Shown in pieces: positions 34,338-42,301 of a stretch of DNA of 43,307 nt. The DNA is from a virus: the IMG/VR virus record IMGVR_UViG_3300045988_156495, positions 1 to 43,307 of that record. One strand, 5' to 3'. Below the pieces are notes generated by a model. The model was given only the letters and a program-made list of their open reading frames with translations, was not told the origin of the DNA and ran no database searches. A program made the translations under genes and the position numbers. Numbering within the stretch: position 1 is the first letter of the stretch; every line of letters starts with the position of its first letter.

Positions 34338-34592
34338 CTAGATGTCCATTGGGTCGTCATAACACGGCCCTTCTTCCCACCACGATGCAAGACACTTAGA
34401 GGATTTTTTCCCTTCAGGGTATTCCTTGTCTAGTTCCATTGTGACTACGTTGTCATAGACATGCATTCTAGTTGACAGATAATCATCGAGCTTGGCTTTA
34501 TCAGTTGTAGCGAATACAGCATCAACCTCGGCAGTTCCGCCTTCCCATTGATCTGCGTCCCCAGTCTCGCATGTAACCAAGTACAGTTTCAT
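34338..34592 (-). CDS. Hypothetical acidic protein
   Basis: 84-aa ORF with a GGAGG RBS, directly downstream of a terminator. Confidence 0.5.
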   Translation of the reverse strand: MKLYLVTCETGDADQWEGGTAEVDAVFATTDKAKLDDYLSTRMHVYDNVVTMELDKEYPEGKKSSKCLASWWEEGPCYDDPMDI

Positions 34593-34614
34593 GTTCTTAC
34601 CTCCGAAATTATGT

Positions 34615-34647
34615 ATAAAAATAGCACCTCACATGAAGTGAAGTGCT
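34615..34647 (-). terminator. Strong rho-independent terminator ending the ArpU / tRNA-like transcript
   Basis: Minus strand: AGCACTTCAC-ttcat-GTGAGGTGCT (10 bp including one G-U) followed by ATTTTTAT. Confidence 0.75.
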
Positions 34648-34717
34648 AGCGATTTGCTCGCTCACCCAGTGTCAGATGGGGTCATCGCAAGCTGTGTCCG
34701 GTCGCTAAACTGGACAA

Positions 34718-34782
34718 TGTGGCATGCGGGAATCGAACCCGCCTGACTATCTCAGCCAGTCCATTTGCCACGCCTTGCCACA
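34718..34782 (-). ncRNA. tRNA-like element (canonical T-arm and acceptor stem, shortened D region); not a canonical tRNA
   Basis: Minus strand: GTGGCAA...GACTG-GCTGAGA-TAGTC-AG-GCGGG-TTCGATT-CCCGC-ATGCCAC-A. It has a perfect T-arm, 6 of 7 acceptor pairs and an anticodon-like arm. It is only about 63 nt, with 13 nt where the 19-nt D region should be and C at position 33. Confidence 0.3.
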
Positions 34783-34883
34783 GCTTTATCATCACTGAGG
34801 CTCGGAGGAAAAACGCGGTGTCTCAGGTTTCTCACCTTTGGCACAATAACATAATAAGGCAGAAAAGCGTGTTTTTTGTTGCA

Positions 34884-35336
34884 TCATTGTTGCACGGATG
34901 TTGCATCTAGTTTCACTAGCGGACATATTTCAGCAAAAGCATAGAGAGCTTCTTGTGTTTGTCGCCAAAGGGTCGTTCGGTCAACATGCAAGTGAGCGGC
35001 TAACTGAAGGCTGGATTTACGTGTCGTCTTTGGAGTCAGATAGCTCTCAACTAAAATGATCCGGTAGTCTTCATTCTCTATAGATTCAATAGCGCCTTCA
35101 CAGCACGCTATATAGTACAGCTCGTCAGCGTGCGATACGAGCTTGTCCTCGGCTTTATTTCCATAGCTAGGTGACTTAGGCATGCCGTCCATCACGGGGC
35201 TTCTGAGCGCTATTTTGGTGCGTTGAGCGAGCCGCTTGTGATGCCAGTAGTTCCCCAAGACCTCTTTGGCGTTTTCAATTGTTTTGTCATGATCAATTGG
35301 GCTAAAATATCTCGTTGCTCGCACCACTGCGTCCAC
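34884..35336 (-). CDS. ArpU-family late transcriptional regulator
   Basis: About 147-150 aa. The pattern KEVLGNYWHHKRLAQR...LQLAAHLHVDRTTLWRQTQEALYAFAE resembles phage ArpU/sigma-like regulators. Lies at the early-late junction. The start may be the GTG at 35327, 8 nt after AGGAG. Confidence 0.65.
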   Translation of the reverse strand: MDAVVRATRYFSPIDHDKTIENAKEVLGNYWHHKRLAQRTKIALRSPVMDGMPKSPSYGNKAEDKLVSHADELYYIACCEGAIESIENEDYRIILVESYLTPKTTRKSSLQLAAHLHVDRTTLWRQTQEALYAFAEICPLVKLDATSVQQ

Positions 35337-35377
35337 TCCTTATGGTATAATTGATTTTGTAAAAGTTTGGGGGATAA

Positions 35378-35726
35378 GCGTGCCTTCGTGGTGCGCTTTT
35401 GTTATACTGTTTGTGAAGATGGTGGCTTAAGTTCCATTATTCAAAAGCCATGTATTGCATAAAAGTCCCTGTCTTCCACCCGTCGCTAATCCGGCGGTTT
35501 TTTGTTATACTGTCTTCGGAGGCCCACTCCAAAATGACTATTACCCTGGTTCAATTCACACACTGGCCTCCAGAGCGCCGCCAATCCGGCGTGCTTTTTT
35601 GTGTACTTTCGATATTTGTGTTTGCTACACTGATTAAGGAGGCAGCCTCTATTGTGGCGAAATTCATTACTTACATCTCTTAGCTTAATCTGCCTCCAGC
35701 GCGTCCCTCATCAGGCGCGCTTTTTT
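35378..35726 (+). repeat. Tandem array of four intrinsic-terminator-like hairpins delimiting three long-stem modules, oriented on the plus strand
   Basis: Hairpin + T-run at 35378..35400, 35480..35503, 35575..35600 and 35698..35726. Each of the first three hairpins is followed by GTTATACTGT or GTGTACT. Between successive hairpins lies a long stem: TGGCTT/AAGCCA, GGAGGCC/GGCCTCC, GGAGGCAG/CTGCCTCC. Confidence 0.7.
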
Positions 35727-35855
35727 ATTTGCAATCATTTTCTTCTTTTCCAGTTAGCCCACATCCACATTGCAGCACCTGAGATTAGCAGCATGACGGC
35801 AATCATTGTTTTCCCTCCAGTAGCTCTGGATTCTCCATGAACTTAATCTCTCGTT

Positions 35856-36074
35856 TCATTTCTCCGCCTCCTTACGCAGTTTAGAATTTTCGTCTTTAAG
35901 CAAATTGATTGCTCGGTCGTAATCTGCGAAGATTCCATCTAATTCTTCCTGGTCATAATCACAGTATGGTTCTATAACATCATCGTCTGCGATAATATCC
36001 CACCATTTATTGCTAAACTTAATTGCCCTGCGTTTAGTCAGTTGGATAAAAAGGTGCAAGTCCGTTTCCTTCAT
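35856..36074 (-). CDS. Hypothetical protein
   Basis: 72-aa ORF with a GGAG RBS, in an operon with the neighbouring early genes. Confidence 0.5.
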   Translation of the reverse strand: MKETDLHLFIQLTKRRAIKFSNKWWDIIADDDVIEPYCDYDQEELDGIFADYDRAINLLKDENSKLRKEAEK

Positions 36075-36084
36075 TTCTCCGCCT

Positions 36085-36315
36085 CTATTCTTTTAGTAAC
36101 CACTTGACCAGCTTTTCACCTGACCAAAAAACGAACCATACAACTGTCCCTGCACCAATTGCGAAGATCAAGGTAGTCAATGATTTAACTATTCCAAGTT
36201 TGATAAAAGGCTTAACAACCAAATCCCAAAGGAAACTGGCAAATCCGTAAATGATGAAACCCGCCCAAACTGCTAAAAGAACATAGGCAATGGCGTGCTT
36301 GATCTTTTTCTTCAT
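36085..36315 (-). CDS. Small three-TM membrane protein
   Basis: 76 aa with hydrophobic spans AIAYVLLAVWAGFIIYGFASFLW and LIFAIGAGTVVWFVFW. Confidence 0.5.
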   Translation of the reverse strand: MKKKIKHAIAYVLLAVWAGFIIYGFASFLWDLVVKPFIKLGIVKSLTTLIFAIGAGTVVWFVFWSGEKLVKWLLKE

Positions 36316-36317
36316 TT

Positions 36318-36641
36318 CTACGCCTCCAGTTTCACGATTTCTCCGGTTTCCTCAACGCGCCAGACACCTAGCACCCACGCACGGGCAATAAGTTCTTGTT
36401 CATCATAGTTCCAAGCCCATTCAGTGAAAATTTCGCTTAACCGATAGTGGTTATCCTTAAATTCTTCAATCGTATCTCCCCATACTTTCGGAATCACCGG
36501 TAGGTCATCTGGCATGGCAGAATCATATTCAGCCATGAATAAATCTGCATCTTGGTATCCGATACTGACATCGTTTGCCTGTGCATCAGACAGCGCGTCA
36601 ACAGCATTTAGCAACACGTCCCGCTTCGTCTCATACCTCAT
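36318..36641 (-). CDS. Hypothetical early protein
   Basis: 107-aa ORF, tightly packed and overlapping the upstream gene. Confidence 0.5.
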   Translation of the reverse strand: MRYETKRDVLLNAVDALSDAQANDVSIGYQDADLFMAEYDSAMPDDLPVIPKVWGDTIEEFKDNHYRLSEIFTEWAWNYDEQELIARAWVLGVWRVEETGEIVKLEA

Positions 36642-36846
36642 CGTCAGTCACCTCCCTGTTAGCGGCACTCGCTGTAATTCGTTCAATGTCGGCTTTTGTT
36701 ACACCAACGCCAAAGCATTCTTCTGTTTGAAAGTTATTTTCATTTTTGATAACCGGCTGTTTGAAATAAGCCAGCATTTCAGTATTTGAGATATACGATA
36801 CCGCCGATAGATTTAGCAACTGCCCGCTGTCTAGCTTAATCAGCAT
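36631..36846 (-). CDS. Hypothetical early protein
   Basis: 71-aa ORF whose start overlaps the stop of the upstream small ORF. Confidence 0.45.
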   Translation of the reverse strand: MLIKLDSGQLLNLSAVSYISNTEMLAYFKQPVIKNENNFQTEECFGVGVTKADIERITASAANREVTDDEV

Positions 36847-36973
36847 CGTCAGTCACCTCTTCTTTCGTGAGAGGCACCAGTTTGTAGTCTTGCTCATTAA
36901 GCATGACGCCTACGACCTTGCCAGTCTCTTTGCTGATGTAGATGTCATCGAACGTGTCGTCTCCCGTTTTCAT
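36836..36973 (-). CDS. Small hypothetical protein (45 aa, below the ORF-track cutoff)
   Basis: ATG at 36973, 7 nt after GGAGGA. MKTGDDTFDDIYISKETGKVVGVMLNEQDYKLVPLTKEEVTDDAD. Fills the gap between two called ORFs. Confidence 0.4.
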   Translation of the reverse strand: MKTGDDTFDDIYISKETGKVVGVMLNEQDYKLVPLTKEEVTDDAD

Positions 36974-36984
36974 TGTTCATCCTC

Positions 36985-37449
36985 CTACTGTGCGTTTGCT
37001 GACTTCACAGCCTGATCTGAATAGTCCTTGATGCTCTGTGCGTCTTTGATGGCCTGTGATAAGTCATTGTTTGCCTGTTTGGCGGCTTCTAACTTAGACG
37101 TAAGGTCATTGATGGTCTGCTGCTTAGCATCTACCTCCGCCTGTTTCTGGGCAACCGCTTTCTGGCATTCAACAATCTTCTGCTGAATCTGGGCATCTTT
37201 ACTTGCCATGCCGTTGTCGTACTGCTGTTTTAGGGCCGCATACTGTGCCTGCGCGTCAGACAACTGATGTTGCAAATCGGACAAGCTAGATTGTGAAGCG
37301 TTGATCTTAGCCGTCAGCTTGTCGATATTGTTTTTGGTCTCCACGATGTTCTGGTGACCTTGCCAAACATTGTCGGCAATGGCGGTTGCACCGGCCCCAA
37401 ACATAAGACCTGCTAAAACAGTTACTGTAAATGTCAATTTTTTATTCAT
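36985..37449 (-). CDS. Secreted or cell-surface coiled-coil protein (signal peptide) within the replication module
   Basis: MNKKLTFTVTVLAGLMFGAGATAIA-DN looks like a signal peptide. The rest is Q/A/K-rich heptad-like sequence. Confidence 0.6.
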   Translation of the reverse strand: MNKKLTFTVTVLAGLMFGAGATAIADNVWQGHQNIVETKNNIDKLTAKINASQSSLSDLQHQLSDAQAQYAALKQQYDNGMASKDAQIQQKIVECQKAVAQKQAEVDAKQQTINDLTSKLEAAKQANNDLSQAIKDAQSIKDYSDQAVKSANAQ

Positions 37450-37461
37450 GATTTTTTCTCC

Positions 37462-37827
37462 TTAATCGATCTCTTCGACTTCAACTCTCGGGTTAGCTTT
37501 GTCAATAAAGAACCGATCTCGCAGTTCTACAATGTGATCCCAATTATCGTTTTCTAAAAATTTAGCCTTTTGCATGCCGTCGAAGATAAACTTGTGCTGA
37601 AACGCGATGTTGTCCGGGTCTGTTCGCTTGTCATACCAGTACCAGTCGAAACTTAGAGGTTTCCCCCATTGAAATTTCACGCCCTGATTCATCGCTTTTC
37701 TCACAGCCAACATTACTGTTTCCGTTGCTTGTTTCTTGACTTTTGCTCCGCCGAACATGTTGCCTCGTTCAACCTTGATGTACTGGTTAAGAGTCATGAG
37801 GGGCAATGGAATAATAATCCTGTTCAC
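37462..37827 (-). CDS. rusA: RusA-family Holliday junction resolvase
   Basis: 121 aa. ...DWYWYDKRTDPDNIAFQHKFIFDGMQKAKFLENDNW... carries the RusA-type acidic D.DN motifs. Confidence 0.7.
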   Translation of the reverse strand: MNRIIIPLPLMTLNQYIKVERGNMFGGAKVKKQATETVMLAVRKAMNQGVKFQWGKPLSFDWYWYDKRTDPDNIAFQHKFIFDGMQKAKFLENDNWDHIVELRDRFFIDKANPRVEVEEID

Positions 37828-38078
37828 GCTGGCTTCACGTCCTTCAGATAGTATTGACGTTGCTTGCCATCAACCATCTCAACCGTTGTGATTAGCTCTT
37901 TGGGTGCCTTGCCATCAAAAGCAACTGGCTTGTTGATGTCTTGACTTGCACCTCTGGCGTTGTATCGTTCAACCCTGATGATTCGTGCCACACCACCGAG
38001 ATCACGCACGCCCATGAATACTCGATCAGGCACCACAACCAGATCACCGACGTTCACTGTTGATTTAATTGCTTGCAT
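37824..38078 (-). CDS. Hypothetical early protein
   Basis: 84-aa ORF whose stop overlaps the rusA start. Confidence 0.5.
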   Translation of the reverse strand: MQAIKSTVNVGDLVVVPDRVFMGVRDLGGVARIIRVERYNARGASQDINKPVAFDGKAPKELITTVEMVDGKQRQYYLKDVKPA

Positions 38079-38408
38079 TTAGAATGCCTCCTGTTTAATG
38101 CTCGGTTTCATTGAAAAATCTAGTGTTGCGAAATGCTTAGCTAGCCACAATAAACGCAGCAAGCTCCCCGATACGCCACCGTCAGCACAGATACTCTCTG
38201 ACGCTTCGCAAATCATGCGCGTATCAGCGTGAATAACAGCGCCTAAAAGTACGATAATGTCTTGCCACTGTGCTTCGGTAACGTCTAGGTAGCCTTGATC
38301 ATAATCGCTCTCAATGTCAGCTATCGTTTGATTCAAGGACGCTTCGTAGGCCCGCAAATGCTTGTCCAAATGCTGCAAAGCTCTATTCGTCATTTCTTCG
38401 GCTGTCAC
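38079..38408 (-). CDS. Hypothetical early protein
   Basis: 109-aa ORF whose start overlaps the stop of the DnaC-like gene. Confidence 0.5.
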   Translation of the reverse strand: MTAEEMTNRALQHLDKHLRAYEASLNQTIADIESDYDQGYLDVTEAQWQDIIVLLGAVIHADTRMICEASESICADGGVSGSLLRLLWLAKHFATLDFSMKPSIKQEAF

Positions 38409-39187
38409 GATCTTTTCCCCCTTACGTCCGTTAACTTTTCAAAATTCAATGTGCAATCTTTTGATTTTGGAATAATTCGGCTGATTAGTTTGCTGTTGTA
38501 CATGCGCTCAAGCTCGCTCATCTCGTTGTTCGTTGTGATAATTGTTGATAGACGAGGACTGTTGCTCTCAAAATCAAGACGGGCATTCGCAACACGATAC
38601 ATCAGCTCTTGCATGTCACGTCTAACCGGCTTGATATCGAGTTTCATACCGCCTTCTGTCCCGAAGTCGTCCAACAACAGCACGTCAGCCTCTTTCATTG
38701 CGCGCTCAATGCCCGCTAAACGCTTGCGAACGTCCGGTGCATCGTATTGCAAGCCCATTAGGTTACTCAGCTCTGCTGTTGAAATAAACAGCCCTGACTG
38801 GCCTTCATCTCGTATGCTCGTCAGCATCGCCAAAGCAAGTGATGTCTTTCCTGTTCCACGAGGGCCAAACAAAATCACGTTTTCAGGCGTTTCTTGCATT
38901 TGTTTTACCAACTTGTATGCCCTATTTCCCAGATCTCTTGATTTCTGCAAATCCGTCTGCATTTCAGGCTGCCATTTGTCGAACGTAAACTTAGCTGGAA
39001 CGTTTCCGGGGAAGACTGAGTAGCGATAAATGGCACGTGCCTTTTTACGGTTCAGAGTGGCCATAGAGCGTTCGTAGAAGCGGCGTTCGATCTCGGCCTG
39101 AGTTGGCAGTTTGCTAACGTCCATTCCTCGCTTTTCGATTATTTTTTGCACGTCCGCATGTGTGAATAGGCCTTTAGTCGACTCCAT
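38405..39187 (-). CDS. DnaC/IstB-like AAA+ helicase loader
   Basis: Walker A in LFGPRGTGKTSLALAM and Walker B in VLLLDDFGTE. Lies directly after the initiator gene. Confidence 0.8.
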   Translation of the reverse strand: MESTKGLFTHADVQKIIEKRGMDVSKLPTQAEIERRFYERSMATLNRKKARAIYRYSVFPGNVPAKFTFDKWQPEMQTDLQKSRDLGNRAYKLVKQMQETPENVILFGPRGTGKTSLALAMLTSIRDEGQSGLFISTAELSNLMGLQYDAPDVRKRLAGIERAMKEADVLLLDDFGTEGGMKLDIKPVRRDMQELMYRVANARLDFESNSPRLSTIITTNNEMSELERMYNSKLISRIIPKSKDCTLNFEKLTDVRGKRS

Positions 39188-39968
39188 ATCCCCAGTTCTC
39201 CTTTACTTCTTTGCGGTCTGGCTGCTTCTCAGGCGTCTTAGTATCGTATTCGTTTCGCCAACCATGACCGGTAAACCAGTTACCAGCGGTCGTTACAAAG
39301 CCTTCTTGCTTGTTGTTTAGCTTGATATAGGCTTTGTATTCAGCAATCTTTGCCAGCACCTGATCCTTAGTCGTTTCACCAGATTCAACGGCCTGTACAT
39401 AAGCTTCCTGAGATTTGGCATAGTTGCCTTGTTTCTTTGGGTAGGATGGCCACACTTCAGTTGCAAACTCTTCAGGCAGGCTCAACACACTCCCGTCCCC
39501 CTTGGGGGATTTAGGGGGTGTTTTAGTCTTACTCAAGTCATTCTCGGTAATACTAAAGAACCGTTCCGCATTCTGTTCCGCAGGTTGCCCTGCATTCTGT
39601 TCCGCGTTTTGTTCCGCATTCTGTTCCGTTTTTTCTCTCAAGCTGTTCCGTTTTTCTGATAATGGACGTCCATCTGGGCTCAAAGGAACAATTTTATAAA
39701 TGGGACTATCCTCATTTTTCTTGCCCTTCACGTACATGAGAAGCTCTTGCTGTACAAGCACGTTTCTTGCTTTTGATAGTCCGTCATCAGACTTAATGCC
39801 AGTGAGAGACTTAAGATAGTCATTCTGGAGGCGGAAGGAAGCATCTAGTAATCCGCTATCGTTCGCGTAGTCTAGTAACTCGCGATACAGACAAGCTTGA
39901 TTAACGGTGAGTTTCTTTACCGCTACCTTGAACTGACGAAATGCTCGTCGCTGGTTGAAATAGTTCAT
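39174..39968 (-). CDS. Replication initiator / replisome organiser (DnaD-like) with an internal (EQNA)n repeat
   Basis: The N-terminal winged-helix-like region CLYRELLDYANDSGLLDASFRLQNDYLKSLTG resembles phage replisome-organiser/DnaD domains. Lies upstream of the DnaC-like loader. Confidence 0.55.
   Translation of the reverse strand: MNYFNQRRAFRQFKVAVKKLTVNQACLYRELLDYANDSGLLDASFRLQNDYLKSLTGIKSDDGLSKARNVLVQQELLMYVKGKKNEDSPIYKIVPLSPDGRPLSEKRNSLREKTEQNAEQNAEQNAGQPAEQNAERFFSITENDLSKTKTPPKSPKGDGSVLSLPEEFATEVWPSYPKKQGNYAKSQEAYVQAVESGETTKDQVLAKIAEYKAYIKLNNKQEGFVTTAGNWFTGHGWRNEYDTKTPEKQPDRKEVKENWGYGVD
39563..39629. repeat. Iteron-like direct repeats (candidate origin of replication) inside the initiator gene
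   Basis: GTTCCGC at 39563, 39575, 39599 and 39611, with GTTCCGT at 39623. Spacing is 12, 24, 12 and 12 nt. Confidence 0.6.
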
Positions 39969-40037
39969 TCGAAGATCACCTCCGTTTTAATGGGCCTCAC
40001 ACCCATCCGTATGGTTACGCCATATCGTCTAAGGTTT

Positions 40038-40601
40038 TTAAAATGGAAGATCGTCATCGCTAATGTTAACGGGTTTACCTGAACCGCCAGCAAATGGATC
40101 AGTAGCAGTTTGCTGGCTCGGCTTAGTGAACGGAGTGACGTTACTTGATTGCTGTGCTGATGAAGCATCGGGACGCCGGACGCCATTTGGCTGGCTAGGT
40201 TCGTTCAAAAGCTTGTGGTATCCCTTTACGGTCAAGTAAACTTTTCCATTTGTGTTCGGCTCATCCCAATCAACGTCAATTGTGAGAAGCTTATTTAGAA
40301 TTGATGCTGCAAACTGTCCAACCGAGTCAAAGTTAGTGCCGTCTGTTGCTCCTAAGGCAACCGCCAAAGTGTTGAACCGTTTGATTGACCCATCAAGGTC
40401 TTCATTACTCCAAGTGATGTTTTGATAGCGAATTTGTCCGCCTTTGTATTTACCATCTTGAACTTCGTAATCTACGGTGATGTAATCATTTCCCTGCTTC
40501 GAATGGTGCATGTCAGCACGGACAATTTTGACGTTATAGCGTCCTGCTTCTTCAACATACTTACCAAAAACATTGTTGTGATCGACTGTGAATAATGGCA
40601 T
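40038..40601 (-). CDS. DUF669-like ssDNA-binding-type protein with an SSB acidic tip
   Basis: Ends in ...NISDDDLPF, which resembles the SSB C-terminal DDD(I/L)PF tip. Follows the AAA_24 ATPase, as in Sak4-type recombination modules. ATG at 40601 behind GGAAGG. Confidence 0.55.
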   Translation of the reverse strand: MPLFTVDHNNVFGKYVEEAGRYNVKIVRADMHHSKQGNDYITVDYEVQDGKYKGGQIRYQNITWSNEDLDGSIKRFNTLAVALGATDGTNFDSVGQFAASILNKLLTIDVDWDEPNTNGKVYLTVKGYHKLLNEPSQPNGVRRPDASSAQQSSNVTPFTKPSQQTATDPFAGGSGKPVNISDDDLPF

Positions 40602-40602
40602 T

Positions 40603-41280
40603 TTAGTTACCTTCCTTTTCATTGGTTGTTGGTTTTTGATTTAAGAGTTCATCAGCTTTGATCAAAGTTCGATCGTCCAAACGATTCTTGGCATGATTTC
40701 CCTGCTCTGGATCAAGATCAATCATGCGTTGGCCTTCCTTCTTATAAAGACGACCCACAAGATCGAACGAAGCTGTGAAGGCGTTGAATGTTTTGGCGTT
40801 CATATCTGCTTCAAAACGACCGTTCTCTCCGATACCAGAGGCACCGTTGTCGATTTGATGTGCTGTCGCATAGATGGTGACGCCACTATTTCTAAGCATT
40901 GTTCCTAGTTGGCGAAACCACAGTTGCAATTTTTGGTAGTTCTGGCGGCCGTCCTTAGAAGCGTTGTCGATATTCTCAAGGACAAGGTTTTGAAGTGATG
41001 TCATGTTGTCTAACGCAATAGCATCGTATTTATGACTATTAATCGCGTGCTGTAGCCACTTGCTTACGGTTGCTTGAATTGTTGGAAAATCTGCCTCTTC
41101 AACAATTGCCGTGTCCATCTGATCATCGGGTTTGATGACATTCGTTGACTGGTCAAAACTGAACAGAAATTTTTTGCCAGGAAATTGTTTAAAGAGACTC
41201 GTTTTCCCAGTACCACCATCTCCATATATGAAGTACATATTTGGCATTCTAGGTAGCTTCCCGCTTTCATAGAATTTCAT
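40603..41280 (-). CDS. AAA_24 / Sak4-like RecA-fold ATPase
   Basis: Walker A in YFIYGDGGTGKTSL. About 225 aa. Conserved context in Firmicutes phage recombination modules. Confidence 0.7.
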   Translation of the reverse strand: MKFYESGKLPRMPNMYFIYGDGGTGKTSLFKQFPGKKFLFSFDQSTNVIKPDDQMDTAIVEEADFPTIQATVSKWLQHAINSHKYDAIALDNMTSLQNLVLENIDNASKDGRQNYQKLQLWFRQLGTMLRNSGVTIYATAHQIDNGASGIGENGRFEADMNAKTFNAFTASFDLVGRLYKKEGQRMIDLDPEQGNHAKNRLDDRTLIKADELLNQKPTTNEKEGN

Positions 41281-41897
41281 GACAACGCCTCCGTCATTTG
41301 AATTGGCTTAATGTGTGGTGTTTCAGTTCCTGCCGGATCGACATGCATGCCAGGAATTGGTTGGCCATCTTCATCAATGACCTTGTCACCGGCCACAGTT
41401 ACTTGCTTCTTAAGTTCTGACACAAGGACTTTTTCGGTTCGCTTGATGACTTGGGCTTGTTCAGATTCGTTCCAATTAGATTTAATGAAGTTCAAAACCT
41501 GTGTTTCATCGGCAATTGCTGGTGTTGCCTTACGTTTAACCGTGAAGCTGACCTTGCCATATGGTGTGTCAAGCTTGTATTTGGGGTCATGCTTCCGATT
41601 ATTCGCAACATAGGCAATCACTTCATGCTCAAGATAATTACGTCGTGACTGACGAGTCTCAAGCGAGTGTTGAAGCCACTCGTTGAGTTGATCGATGTTG
41701 TCCTGTACCACTTTCCGAGCGTCGGCATCTTCCTTGTTCAATTCACCTAGCTTGCGCATTGCCCAAGTAGCTGATCCTAGATCGTGAACAGTATGCGTTT
41801 GAGCTTCCCCAAACTGTTTAATCTCGTCTAATGCCTTGCTATATTCGTCTTCTAGGGCCGGATTCAAAACCGGTGCTGTTTCTGTTGTATTCATCAT
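41277..41897 (-). CDS. Gp157-/Gam-like coiled-coil protein of the recombination module
   Basis: 206 aa and helical. Lies immediately upstream of the AAA_24 ATPase. Assigned by position and composition only. Confidence 0.4.
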   Translation of the reverse strand: MMNTTETAPVLNPALEDEYSKALDEIKQFGEAQTHTVHDLGSATWAMRKLGELNKEDADARKVVQDNIDQLNEWLQHSLETRQSRRNYLEHEVIAYVANNRKHDPKYKLDTPYGKVSFTVKRKATPAIADETQVLNFIKSNWNESEQAQVIKRTEKVLVSELKKQVTVAGDKVIDEDGQPIPGMHVDPAGTETPHIKPIQMTEALS

Positions 41898-42067
41898 GAT
41901 TTTTCCTCCTGATCATCAGCAGCAATCGCTACACCACTAAGCTCTTCCAAGATATATTTATGAATCTCTTTTGGATCATCTTTGATGTTGTCACCCTCAG
42001 ATCCAACATTGATGATGACACTTTCGCCAAAAGGAATTGGTTTTCCGTTCCAATCAAGCATGGTCAT
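41894..42067 (-). CDS. Small acidic hypothetical protein (57 aa)
   Basis: ATG at 42067 behind GGAAGG. Its stop overlaps the start of the 41277..41897 gene (ATGATGA). Confidence 0.4.
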   Translation of the reverse strand: MTMLDWNGKPIPFGESVIINVGSEGDNIKDDPKEIHKYILEELSGVAIAADDQEEKS

Positions 42068-42173
42068 CGACCGCCTTCCGTGATAAACTTGAGATATAAT
42101 AATATCTGCAATATTGTTGACTTCCCGTGGTTGCAGCCATGGGATTTTTTTGTGCTCTTTTTATCGTGTCCAT
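42054..42173 (-). CDS. Possible 39-aa ORF
   Basis: ATG at 42173, 9 nt after AGGAGG. Overlaps both neighbouring small ORFs. Coding status is uncertain. Confidence 0.25.
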   Translation of the reverse strand: MDTIKRAQKNPMAATTGSQQYCRYYYISSLSRKAVDDHA

Positions 42174-42288
42174 TGTTTCCAGCCTCCTACTGCTGTGGCG
42201 CCGATCATGATGCCAGCGAGAACGACAAGCAGATATTTCCAAAAGGCTGATGATGGGTCGAACAGCACCGACATGATTGCTTCTAGCA
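42160..42288 (-). CDS. Small single-TM protein (42 aa)
   Basis: ATG at 42288, 9 nt after AGGAGG. MLEAIMSVLFDPSSAFWKYLLVVLAGIMIGATAVGGWKQWTR. Confidence 0.4.
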
Positions 42289-42301
42289 TTTGTTAGACCT
42301 C

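Noticed and set aside
34718-34782. A canonical tRNA gene
   Set aside because: The T-arm and acceptor stem are convincing, but the element is about 10 nt too short. It has no proper D-arm, only a 2-nt variable region and C at position 33. I report it only as tRNA-like.
35450-35840. Three plus-strand ORFs of 60-77 aa in the 35.4-35.8 kb gap
   Set aside because: They overlap one another in different frames, lack RBSs and run straight through the terminator hairpins. The region is better explained as structured non-coding DNA.
38295-39023. 242-aa plus-strand ORF
   Set aside because: It is antisense to the DnaC-like loader, which has clear Walker A and B motifs. It is a shadow ORF.
39563-39629. 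Possible CRISPR-like short repeats
   Set aside because: The repeat unit is only 7-12 nt with no spacers of CRISPR length. It lies inside a coding region and encodes (EQNA)n. I interpret the repeats as iterons or a low-complexity linker.
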